Assembly (NCBI GenBank): GCA_964435515.1
Contig: CAYSZD010000006.1
Location: forward strand, 1 to 50,863
DNA from: an uncultured Gammaproteobacteria bacterium
GTDB taxonomy: Bacteria; Patescibacteriota; Patescibacteriia; Patescibacteriales; UBA12465
Direction: 5' to 3'
DNA length: 50,863 nt
Below the pieces are notes generated by a model that did not search any database, had not been told where the DNA came from, and worked only from the letters and a program-made list of their open reading frames with translations. Shown in pieces: positions 17,783 to 26,635 of the stretch. The translations under genes were made by a program, and so were the position numbers. Positions within the stretch are counted from its first letter, which is position 1, and each line of letters opens with the position of its first letter.

Positions 17783-19627
17783 ATGATTACTCGCAAAACC
17801 ACTATTATTAGCCTATCTATTATATTAGTGGTTTTTTTGATAGCAGGAATACTTATCTTCACTATGAATACAGATAGTAACCGTCTACCTAACAAGCTAT
17901 ATATTGGATCTATTGATATCAGTGGCCTAGATAAAAATGAGGCTTTTAGTATCATATCGGAACAATGCGTCAAAACTGAAGCTAGGGGCATTAACTTAGA
18001 TTATCAAGGGCAAAAAATAACTCTCCCCTCAATTGCTAGTTCTTTTGACGCTGATTTAGCGTATACTCTTTTCTATTGCGACAAAGAGGGCATAAATAAA
18101 TCTTTAGCCACTTATCAAAATTTAAATCCATTTATTGCCTTTTGGAAAAATACCATTCAAAGAAAGGCAACTATTATTAAACCGACTTTTTTTATTGATG
18201 AAAATAGAATCAAAGAATTTATCTATCATTCATTACCTGAAATAGAAAAGGACTCTCAAGACGCAGCCTTTATCTTCTCTCAAAAAGACATTCAAATACA
18301 AACTGAAGTTATAGGACGTGCAATTAATTGGGATAAAACATTAAAAGAAATTAATAATAGATTAGAATATTTTTCCCAAGCAAATGCTAATATTTACACC
18401 GAAGAAGTTCAACCTAAAATCTATTCTTCAGACTTATTGGGATTAGAAAATCAAGCTAAAAATCTAAGTGATAGACAACTTTCTCTAAGTTATCAAAATC
18501 AAAAATGGACAGTAGAACAAGCTGATATTGCTTCATGGCTAGATATTAACAAAAATAAACAAGGTATTAATTTAGAATTTAGCCAAGAAAGAATTGCTAA
18601 TTATTTAGAAAAAGAATTAGCTCCTAAAATTAATTTAGAAGCTAAAAATCATCGTTTTGAAATAGAAAATGGCAAAATACATAATTGGCAACCAGGCCAA
18701 AATGGTCAAATTTTAAATACCGAAGAAAGCGCTAAACAAATAATAATAGACTATAGTATAAAACAACAAAACAATTCTCTCTTAAGTATAGAAAGCATTA
18801 CTCCATCAGAAGTAGATAGCTTAAATATTAAAGATATTATTGGCGTTGGGCATTCTAACTTCGCTGGCTCCCCCTATAATAGACGCCACAATATTGCCGT
18901 AGGCATTGAAGCCCTACATGGTCTGTTAATAAAAGCTGATGAGGAATTTTCTTTAGTTAAAGCTTTAGGAGATATTGATGCAACTACAGGCTATCTACCA
19001 GAACTTGTTATCAAAGGAGATAAAACAATCCCTGAATATGGAGGTGGTCTTTGCCAAGTAGCTACTACTCTTTTTCGAGGAGCAATAGCATCTGGCTTGC
19101 CAATTACTGCCCGACAAAATCATTCATATAGAGTTTCATATTACGAACCAGCAGGAACAGACGCTGCTGTATACGATCCCTGGCCAGATGTAAAATTTAT
19201 TAATGACACTGGTAATGATATTTTAATTCAAGCCAAGATAGAGGGTGATGATGTTTATTTAGATTTCTGGGGAGTGAATGATGGACGTTTAGTTGAAATT
19301 AGTGAACCAGTAATATATAGCATAACAGCTCCTCCTCCTAAGAAAATAATTGAAACTGACAATTTAAAACCAGGCGAACAAAAATGTACCGAAAGAGCTC
19401 ACAATGGAGCAAAAGCATATTTTGATTATACTGTAATCTATCCTACAATTGATGAAGCTACTGGCGAAAAAATTAAAGCCTATCGTCGATTTAACTCCTC
19501 CTATGTTCCTTGGCAAGAAGTTTGTCTAGTGGGAAGAGAAAAAACTGAAGAGCCTACAAGTGAAACAGAAAATCAAATAGAGATTAATACTGATCAAGCC
19601 TCTAGCACAAACGCTGTTAGTGAATAA
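17783..19627 (+). CDS. VanW/YoaR family protein with N-terminal anchor and putative peptidoglycan-binding domains
   Basis: RRHNI, GYLPELVI, YGGGLCQVATTLFR, R.NHSYRVSYYEP.GTDAAVY (VanW domain). Confidence 0.92.
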   Translation: MITRKTTIISLSIILVVFLIAGILIFTMNTDSNRLPNKLYIGSIDISGLDKNEAFSIISEQCVKTEARGINLDYQGQKITLPSIASSFDADLAYTLFYCDKEGINKSLATYQNLNPFIAFWKNTIQRKATIIKPTFFIDENRIKEFIYHSLPEIEKDSQDAAFIFSQKDIQIQTEVIGRAINWDKTLKEINNRLEYFSQANANIYTEEVQPKIYSSDLLGLENQAKNLSDRQLSLSYQNQKWTVEQADIASWLDINKNKQGINLEFSQERIANYLEKELAPKINLEAKNHRFEIENGKIHNWQPGQNGQILNTEESAKQIIIDYSIKQQNNSLLSIESITPSEVDSLNIKDIIGVGHSNFAGSPYNRRHNIAVGIEALHGLLIKADEEFSLVKALGDIDATTGYLPELVIKGDKTIPEYGGGLCQVATTLFRGAIASGLPITARQNHSYRVSYYEPAGTDAAVYDPWPDVKFINDTGNDILIQAKIEGDDVYLDFWGVNDGRLVEISEPVIYSITAPPPKKIIETDNLKPGEQKCTERAHNGAKAYFDYTVIYPTIDEATGEKIKAYRRFNSSYVPWQEVCLVGREKTEEPTSETENQIEINTDQASSTNAVSE

Positions 19628-19642
19628 AACTATAATTAAATT

Positions 19643-19671
19643 AAAAAATTCTCTTTAACAGAGAATTTTTT
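19643..19671. terminator. Bidirectional terminator after vanW-like gene
   Basis: AAAAAATTCTCT-TTAAC-AGAGAATTTTTT. Confidence 0.8.
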
Positions 19672-19674
19672 AAT

Positions 19675-19847
19675 AAAAAAAGACCAACTTAAACGGGTAG
19701 GCAAGAAAATTTCTTCTAGGTATCACCGAGCCTGTCATTAGCGCCTTAATAAAGCGACAATGAAAGGCCCAAAAAATCCTAGCAAGGAATTCTCCATGCT
19801 TGTCGTGCCTGACCCGTTAAAATTGGCCTTTTGATGTTTTTAAGCAA
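19675..19847 (-). ncRNA. Candidate ~170-nt rod-shaped RNA (6S-like or type I toxin-like mRNA)
   Basis: Nested long-range pairing on the minus strand: AAAAGGCCAA/TTGGTCTTTT, TTAACGGGT/ACCCGTTTAA, AGGCA/TGCCT, CTAGG/CCTAG, GGGCC/GGCTC, TCATT/AATGA; own promoter; U-tract at the 3' end. Confidence 0.6.
19738..19797 (-). CDS. Possible 19-aa hydrophobic peptide MENSLLGFFGPFIVALLRR
   Basis: ATG at 19797 to TAA at 19738, inside the rod RNA; no SD; could be a chance ORF. Confidence 0.25.
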   Translation of the reverse strand: MENSLLGFFGPFIVALLRR

Positions 19848-19853
19848 CTATTC

Positions 19854-19882
19854 AATATATCACATTAAAAATAGTTTGTCAA
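19854..19882 (-). promoter_or_regulatory. Sigma70-type promoter for the 19675-19847 RNA
   Basis: Minus strand TTGACA(19882-19877)-17 nt-TATATT(19859-19854) with TG extended -10. Confidence 0.75.
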
Positions 19883-19913
19883 CACTATTTATACACAAGT
19901 AAAAACTAAGCTT

Positions 19914-20744
19914 TTAAGGAAAGTCTTGTTTATAAATTATTCCTTTATTATTAGAGAAAAACATCAAAGAATGAGAGCTGTCAGTACGCCAAATACTAAT
20001 ATATCTTTCTTTTAAGCTGTTGATAACTTCTAGGCCTGGATGTTTATATATATTATTTGTTCCAACGGAAATAATAGCAAATTTAGGATCCACTGCATCA
20101 AGAAATTTACTATCAGAAGAAGCACTTGATCCATGATGTGATATTTTTAAAATATCCGCCCGATTAAAAAAAATAGAATTTAATAAATCTAATTCTCTAT
20201 CAGCCGAAGCATCACCCGCCCCAAAAACAGTCAGGCCGGAACAATTAAAATATGTAGCTAATGAAAGATCGTTATCATCATCAGATCCTTTAAACTTTTC
20301 AGAAGGAGAAAAAATACACAAAGAACAATCAGAATTAAAATCTATACACAAATCTTTTTCAGGATAAATTATTTCGACTTCATCACTTAATGAATTAATT
20401 AAAGCGATACTTTCAGCACCATCTAAATTTTCCGGTAAATATATTTTTTTTACTTTATATCTTTTTATTATTTCTGGCAGTGAACTAATATGATCAGCAT
20501 GAGTGTGAGTTAAGATAATTATTTCAATATCTCGCTTAAAAAAATTTAACCATCTACCAAGACCATGCAAACTTGTCCAGTCTGGTCCTCCATCAATTAA
20601 AATTATTTTATTATCATTCGTTCTAAAAGCATACGAGTCGCCTTGGCCAACATCAAAGAAAACAACTTCAGCTCTTTTTTTATTAACAAAGCTTACAAAA
20701 AAAATTATAGAAAAAATTATTAGTATAATAAAAATAAAGCGCAT
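19914..20744 (-). CDS. ComEC/Rec2-type metallo-beta-lactamase-fold protein (stand-alone MBL domain)
   Basis: FFDVGQGDS, LIDGG, THTHADH, ILKISHHGS, AIISVG.NN.YKHP. Confidence 0.92.
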   Translation of the reverse strand: MRFIFIILIIFSIIFFVSFVNKKRAEVVFFDVGQGDSYAFRTNDNKIILIDGGPDWTSLHGLGRWLNFFKRDIEIIILTHTHADHISSLPEIIKRYKVKKIYLPENLDGAESIALINSLSDEVEIIYPEKDLCIDFNSDCSLCIFSPSEKFKGSDDDNDLSLATYFNCSGLTVFGAGDASADRELDLLNSIFFNRADILKISHHGSSASSDSKFLDAVDPKFAIISVGTNNIYKHPGLEVINSLKERYISIWRTDSSHSLMFFSNNKGIIYKQDFP

Positions 20745-20864
20745 GAATAAAGAATAACATAAACATCCTGAATAAAGCTAAAAAATAAAATAAAGTCTTA
20801 TATACAAAAAGCACCGTAAAAACGGTACTTTTTGTATAATTTTCAAATCAACTAAAAAATAAAA

Positions 20865-21026
20865 CTATTTTTTCTTAGTGACTTTTTTCACAGCTTTTTT
20901 AACAGTCTTTTTTGGAGCTGCTTTTTTCACAGCTTTTTTAACAGTCTTTTTTGGAGCTGCTTTTTTCACTGCTTTTTTAACCACCTTCTTAACAGCTTTT
21001 TTTACGGTCTTCTTTTTAGTAGCCAT
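20865..21026 (-). CDS. Histone H1-like Lys/Ala/Val-rich basic protein, 53 aa (absent from ORF track)
   Basis: MATKKKTVKKAVKKVVKKAVKKAAPKKTVKKAVKKAAPKKTVKKAVKKVTKKK*; perfect SD AAGGAGGTGA upstream; terminator at 20806-20833 downstream. Confidence 0.92.
   Translation of the reverse strand: MATKKKTVKKAVKKVVKKAVKKAAPKKTVKKAVKKAAPKKTVKKAVKKVTKKK
20882..20968. repeat. 39-bp tandem repeat (about 2.2 copies) encoding KKAAPKKTVKKAV
   Basis: TTTTTTCACAGCTTTTTTAACAGTCTTTTTTGGAGCTGC occurs twice in tandem. Confidence 0.9.
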
Positions 21027-21214
21027 ATTATTCACCTCCTTTCTGGGAAAATTCCCATTTATATTTTTTTTAAAAAAATAAAATAATTTTTTTAAAAATA
21101 ATTTTTTATTAAAGTACTTATATTATACTCTGATAAAATTTTTATAGCAATAGTTTTTTAATAAAAAAACAAAAAAAGAGTGTTAACTCTTTTTATGAAA
21201 ATATATTTTTATTT

Positions 21215-22606
21215 TTAAAGAGATAAATTATTAAAAAAATATTTTTCTAACTCTGTAATGGCTATCTTTTCTTGTTCCATGCTATCTCTGTGACGCACGG
21301 TCACAATATTATTTTCTAAAGTATCAAAATCAACAGTGACGCAAAAAGGAGTTCCTATTTCATCTTGACGACGATAGCGTTTACCAATATTACCATTATC
21401 ATCAAATTCACAACGCCAATTTATTTTTAATTTATTAAAAATTTCTCTAGCCTTTTCAACTAGTTCTACTTTATTTTTTAATAAAGGAAAAATTGCTATC
21501 TTAATCGGCGCTAAATTTGTAGGAAATGCCAAAACAATTCTCGTTTCCCCCTCTAACTCTTCCTCTCGATAGAATTCTGTAAGCGCAGCTAAAAATATAC
21601 GACCAACACCAGCTGAGCTTTCAACAATATGAGGAGTAATTTTTTCATTATTTACAGGATCATGATAAAGCAAAGCTTGGCCCGAGCCTTCACTGTGACA
21701 TTTTAGGTCGTAATCGCCTCGAGCATGCAAACCTTCTAGTTCTTTAAAGCCAAAAGGGAAATTATATTCAATATCATATGCCTCTGTCGCATAAAAAACT
21801 AGATTTTCATGTTTATGCCAACGAATATTTTCCTCCTTAAATCCTAAATCTAGATAAAACTGCCAACGAATATTACGCCACTCTTCATAATATTTTTTAT
21901 CTTCTCCTGGACGAATAAAATATTGTAATTCCATTTGTTCAAATTCTCTAGTACGAAAAATAAATTGACGAGCAGTAATTTCATTCCGAAAAGCTTTACC
22001 AATTTGAGCCACACCAAAAGGTAATTTAACCCTCGTAGAATCTAAAATGTTTTTATAATTAACATATATACCTTGGCAGGTTTCTCCTCTTAAATAAACC
22101 GCCTCTTTATCCCAATCACCAGTAAAATTTCCTAAATTAGATTTCACTAATAGATTAAACTTCTTTCCAGAAGAAAAATTTTGAGCTCCGCAATTAGGAC
22201 ATTTAAATTTATTTTTATTCTTATCAAAAATTTCATTAATTTCTTCTTCTGACATTTTTTCATCCGCAAAAATACCAGCGTCCTCTAGCATTGTATCCAA
22301 TCGAAAACGAGTATGGCACTTATTACATTCAGTCAGAGGATCAGAAAAACCTTTTACGTGGCCAGAGGCCTCCCATACTTTTGGGCTCATAAAAATAGCA
22401 GCATCTAATCCTACTACATCATCACGAAGCTGAGTCATAGCTCTCCACCAAATCTTTTTTATATTATTAGCTAACTCAACGCCGTATGGACCAAAATCAT
22501 AAACAGCCGCCAGACCATCATATATTTCTGATGAGGGAAACACAAATCCTCGACGCTTACATAATGATACTATTTTATCTAAACTTTGATTTTTCTCTTG
22601 TTTCAT
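21215..22606 (-). CDS. glyQS: Glycine--tRNA ligase, alpha2 (glyQS, archaeal/eukaryote-like) type
   Basis: CKRRGFVFPSSEIY, ASGHV..F.DP, LRGETCQG, AQIGKAFRNEI, FRTREFEQME, IGKRYRRQDEIGTPFC. Confidence 0.97.
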   Translation of the reverse strand: MKQEKNQSLDKIVSLCKRRGFVFPSSEIYDGLAAVYDFGPYGVELANNIKKIWWRAMTQLRDDVVGLDAAIFMSPKVWEASGHVKGFSDPLTECNKCHTRFRLDTMLEDAGIFADEKMSEEEINEIFDKNKNKFKCPNCGAQNFSSGKKFNLLVKSNLGNFTGDWDKEAVYLRGETCQGIYVNYKNILDSTRVKLPFGVAQIGKAFRNEITARQFIFRTREFEQMELQYFIRPGEDKKYYEEWRNIRWQFYLDLGFKEENIRWHKHENLVFYATEAYDIEYNFPFGFKELEGLHARGDYDLKCHSEGSGQALLYHDPVNNEKITPHIVESSAGVGRIFLAALTEFYREEELEGETRIVLAFPTNLAPIKIAIFPLLKNKVELVEKAREIFNKLKINWRCEFDDNGNIGKRYRRQDEIGTPFCVTVDFDTLENNIVTVRHRDSMEQEKIAITELEKYFFNNLSL

Positions 22607-22619
22607 ATAAATATTTTAA

Positions 22620-24326
22620 TTACATTTCATCTAAATATTCTAATCCTAATAAATTAAAAGCGCTTTTCAACACCACTTGAACTGAAAGCAACAAACTCAA
22701 CCTGACCTGAACCAATTCTTTCTCTGTTTTTAAAATAGGAACAGAATGATAATAATCATTAAATAATTGACATAACTCAAATAAATAACGAGCAATAAGA
22801 GATGGATCTCTTTTTTCACTAGCTTGTTTTATTAATTCAGAAAATTTTTGTAAATATATTAATAAAGCTTTTTCTTTATTTTCAATTAACAATTCATATT
22901 TAACACCAGTTTTGTCTAATTTGTCCTTTCTGAGCACACTGGCTAAGCGAGCACCTGTATATTGCAAATAAGCAGCGGTAAAACCATCAAAACGTAAAGC
23001 CTCTTCTGTATCGAATATTATCACTTTTTCTCTGCCAACTTTTAACATTTCAAATTTTAAAGCTGAAACAGCCAAAGAAGTAGCAATCTTTTTTATTTTC
23101 TTTTCCTCCCAATCAGTATGTCTTAATTTAACTTCTTTTTCTGCTCTAGTATTCGCTTCGGCAAAAATTGAATTATAACTAATAATATTACCACTACGAG
23201 AAGCCATCATACCGCTCTTTAAAGTAACAAAATCATAAGTCAGATGACTAATTTTAAACTTTTCTCCAGCTAATTCAAATATTTTAGCTAATTGTTTAAA
23301 ATATAAGGACTGTCTAACATCAACAACATAAATAGATTCCTTAATATTATAATCTTGAAATTTTTTCTTAGCTAAAGCTAAGTCAGCTACAGGATAAAGA
23401 GCTGTACCATCAGAACGAATAATAGGTAATACCCCTAAATTAAATTCGGACAAATCAGCAATAATAGCACCTTCACTTTTTTTCAATATTTTATTTTCTA
23501 ACAATTCCGCTACAATTTTTAATCCTTGTTCAATAAATTCACTTTCATAAAAAATATGATCAAAATGAATATTTAATTCTTTATAGACAGAATCTAAATA
23601 AGCGATGCTCCAATTTCTTGTTTCTTGCCATAGTGTATATTGTTGCCCCTTTTTACTCTCTATTTCCTGCATAATAGAAACTACCTCCTTTTTTTTCTCT
23701 GGATAATCAGCTAATTCCTGGCTAGCAGAGGCATAAGCAGACCCTAAAAGATAGCCTTTATTTTCTCCGTCTTTTAAAGCTTTTTCCCATTTAGATTTAT
23801 TCTCACTAAACTGCCAAGCCCACAAGGCCTTGGCTACATGAATACCAAAATCATTAATATAGGAAACAGGAATAGTAGAATAACCAGCAAAAGATAATAC
23901 TTTTGTTAAGCTTGAACCAAAAAACAAATTACGTAAATGACCAACATGATATTCTTTATGAGTGTTAGCGTTAGAATATTCTATCATTACACCTTCTTTG
24001 TTATTCAACTCTAAACGACCAAAATTTACTCCCAATTTTTTTATCTCTTCTAGAGTTTTTGTGGCTAATTTCTCTGCTTTCAAAAAAATATTCAAATAAG
24101 GGCCAACGACTCTTATCTCTAAAATATCATCCGCTAAACTTTTATCATTTTCTAAACTTTGTTTTAATGTTAAAGCTAAGTCTACTGGATTAGCGTTCAT
24201 CTTTTTAGCTAAATTAAAAAGAGCCAAACTTAAATCGCCTAAATTTTCTTGAGGAGGATAAATAAAATCAGAAGCTAAGACCTGACATTTTTTGGCTAAT
24301 TTGTTTTTTAAATCTTCAAGATACAT
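22620..24326 (-). CDS. argS: Arginine--tRNA ligase
   Basis: IEYSNANTHKEYHVGHLRN, NDFG, RSDGTALY, YVVDVRQ, AYLQYTGAR, DALR-type C-terminus. Confidence 0.97.
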   Translation of the reverse strand: MYLEDLKNKLAKKCQVLASDFIYPPQENLGDLSLALFNLAKKMNANPVDLALTLKQSLENDKSLADDILEIRVVGPYLNIFLKAEKLATKTLEEIKKLGVNFGRLELNNKEGVMIEYSNANTHKEYHVGHLRNLFFGSSLTKVLSFAGYSTIPVSYINDFGIHVAKALWAWQFSENKSKWEKALKDGENKGYLLGSAYASASQELADYPEKKKEVVSIMQEIESKKGQQYTLWQETRNWSIAYLDSVYKELNIHFDHIFYESEFIEQGLKIVAELLENKILKKSEGAIIADLSEFNLGVLPIIRSDGTALYPVADLALAKKKFQDYNIKESIYVVDVRQSLYFKQLAKIFELAGEKFKISHLTYDFVTLKSGMMASRSGNIISYNSIFAEANTRAEKEVKLRHTDWEEKKIKKIATSLAVSALKFEMLKVGREKVIIFDTEEALRFDGFTAAYLQYTGARLASVLRKDKLDKTGVKYELLIENKEKALLIYLQKFSELIKQASEKRDPSLIARYLFELCQLFNDYYHSVPILKTEKELVQVRLSLLLSVQVVLKSAFNLLGLEYLDEM

Positions 24327-24328
24327 AT

Positions 24329-25546
24329 TTATTTAACAATCAATTTAATAAACTGCCTTTTACCTCTTTGAATAATTAACTCATCATTTACCTCTAACTT
24401 TTCATTAACATCTTGCTGTATCTTTAAATTATCATCATATCCCAGCTTAATTCCTCCCTGAGTAATCAAACGACGAGCCTCATTTTTACTAGCAGACAGA
24501 TTACATAATAATAATAAATCTACTAAAGAATAATTACCTTTTTTTATTTCCATACGAGGAATTTCTTCTGGAATCTCCTTATTTTGAACAGTTTTAATAA
24601 AATATTCTTGAGCTAAATCAGCTTTTTCTTCATTATGATTAATTTTAGTAATTTCCCAAGCTAAACGCATTTTAGCGTCTCTAGGGTTTTTAATGTTATT
24701 AAGTATATCCTTGGCCTCTTGCCAGTCTAAAAAAGTACAAAGTTCAAAAGCGGAATCTAAAACATCATCAGGCCAAGACATTATCTTAGCATACATAGTA
24801 TTATAATCTTCATCAAGCATAACAATATTTCCTTCACTTTTACCCATTTTTTTACCCTCGCTATCTGTTAAAAGTTTCATTGTTATCACACCTTTGTCTT
24901 TATTTTTGACCGCTTTTAGTAAATCCCTTCCGCACAACATATTAAACATCTGATCATTACCGCCCACTTCTATGTCCACATCCAATTCAAGGCTGTCATA
25001 AGCCTGAGCCAAAGGATAGAAGAACTCATGTAAAAAAATTGGTTTCTCTTCTTGCAGACGCTTCTGAAACATATCCCTTTGAATCATGTTTTGAACTGTA
25101 AAATTAGAAGCTAATGCAATCAAGTCTTTAAAGCTAAGCTTGTCTTGCCACTCATGATTAAAACGTATTTCCGCAGCATTATCTCCATCAAACTTAAGGT
25201 AAGCACCAGCTTGTAATTTAAAATTACTAGCATTATCTAGAACTTCTTCACGACTTAATTGTTTTCTAGTAGCTGTTTTATCAGTAGGATCTCCAATCAT
25301 ACCAGTAAAAGTTCCTATTAAGAAAATTACCTTATGGCCAGCTTCCTGAAATTGTCTTAATTTAACCAAAGCAATAGCGTTGCCAATATGTAAAGACTTA
25401 GCACTAGGGTCAAAGCCACAATAAACACGTAAAGGCGTGGCCGAATCTAACTTTTGTTCCAACTCTTTATAGTTAGGATACAGATTAGACACCCCTCGAT
25501 TTAGAATTTCATTCATTTGTTCTTTTTTTATTTTACCCTTAGTCAT
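24329..25546 (-). CDS. tyrS: Tyrosine--tRNA ligase (start set at MTKGKI rather than at 25609)
   Basis: YCGFDPSAKSLHIGN, EFFYPLAQAYD, GGNDQ, KMGKS, C-terminal S4 domain. Confidence 0.97.
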   Translation of the reverse strand: MTKGKIKKEQMNEILNRGVSNLYPNYKELEQKLDSATPLRVYCGFDPSAKSLHIGNAIALVKLRQFQEAGHKVIFLIGTFTGMIGDPTDKTATRKQLSREEVLDNASNFKLQAGAYLKFDGDNAAEIRFNHEWQDKLSFKDLIALASNFTVQNMIQRDMFQKRLQEEKPIFLHEFFYPLAQAYDSLELDVDIEVGGNDQMFNMLCGRDLLKAVKNKDKGVITMKLLTDSEGKKMGKSEGNIVMLDEDYNTMYAKIMSWPDDVLDSAFELCTFLDWQEAKDILNNIKNPRDAKMRLAWEITKINHNEEKADLAQEYFIKTVQNKEIPEEIPRMEIKKGNYSLVDLLLLCNLSASKNEARRLITQGGIKLGYDDNLKIQQDVNEKLEVNDELIIQRGKRQFIKLIVK

Positions 25547-25663
25547 AAATGCTTGGTAATAATTTATTAAATATGTTATAATACTAGCAGACTTAAGTGA
25601 TTTTTTCAATTGAAGAAGTCTCTCTATTATTTAAATAATATTATCTAAAATTAAAATAATTTT

Positions 25664-26635
25664 ATGTTTTCTTATCGTCTATTTCTTAAACAGGCCTGGA
25701 ATATAACCAAAAAATATCGCTATCTTTGGTTTTTTGGAATATTTGCCTCCTTGCTTTCTATCGGTGGAGAATACCAATTAATAACCCAAAGCGCAACGAC
25801 ACAGCCAGGCGGCAGTTTTTTAAGTAATGGTAATATTATCTGGCAAATAATATTAAGCCCTGATTTTTATCAAGGTTTTGTAAGTTTGGCTACAGAAAAT
25901 AGCGCTGCCTTTTTAGCAGTAATTTGTATATTCTTATTATCCGTAGGCCTAGCAATTATAATGCTTTATTTAGCTATCCTTTCCCAGTCTGCCATTGTAA
26001 GCCAGAGTGCTCAAATCTTATTAAACAAAAAGAAAAAAAATAATTTAAATATCAGTGATGGACTAGCTGAGGCAAAGCCACATTTTTGGAGAGTATTAGG
26101 TCTAAATTTATTTAGCTATATCATTGTTGTATTAAGCTTATTTTTAATTAGTTTGCCTTTAGTATTTTTAATTATCACTGACACTCTAGCAATAAGCATC
26201 GCTTATACCTTATTATTCATTATTTTTGCCCCGATTGCCCTCTCAATAGCATTGCTCATAAAATATGCTATCGCAGCTAGAGTGCTAGAAAACACTAGTT
26301 TTGTTTCATCAATACAAAAAGGTATAAAGATATTTAAAAATAATTGGCTAGTGAGCTTAGAAATGGCTTTAATATTGTTTATCATTAATTTTGCTGTTGG
26401 CATTGTAACCCTATTCTTTATTGCTCTATTGTTTATGCCTATGCTATTTATAGCAATACAGTTCTATGCCCCAATTCTCGCAGCTATTAGCCTGGTATTA
26501 TCCATTGGCACTATGTTAGTAATAGCATCTTGGTTAAATACCTTTCAGATTAGCACTTGGACCGGTCTATATCTCCATCTTCAAGATAAAAAGGGTAGAA
26601 GTAAATTAGAAAGATTATTTGCCAAGAAAAAATAA
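25664..26635 (+). CDS. Multi-pass membrane protein of unknown function
   Basis: About 6-7 hydrophobic segments; AW.....YRYLW.FG N-terminal motif. Confidence 0.85.
   Translation: MFSYRLFLKQAWNITKKYRYLWFFGIFASLLSIGGEYQLITQSATTQPGGSFLSNGNIIWQIILSPDFYQGFVSLATENSAAFLAVICIFLLSVGLAIIMLYLAILSQSAIVSQSAQILLNKKKKNNLNISDGLAEAKPHFWRVLGLNLFSYIIVVLSLFLISLPLVFLIITDTLAISIAYTLLFIIFAPIALSIALLIKYAIAARVLENTSFVSSIQKGIKIFKNNWLVSLEMALILFIINFAVGIVTLFFIALLFMPMLFIAIQFYAPILAAISLVLSIGTMLVIASWLNTFQISTWTGLYLHLQDKKGRSKLERLFAKKK

Noticed and set aside
19889-19897. Single DnaA box TTATACACA beside the 19.85-kb promoter
   Set aside because: An isolated match; several are expected by chance per 50 kb at this base composition.
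20878-21081. Plus-strand 67-aa ORF MTFFTAFLTVFFGAAFF...
   Set aside because: It is the antisense shadow of the Lys-rich gene at 20865-21026, which has the SD and the terminator.
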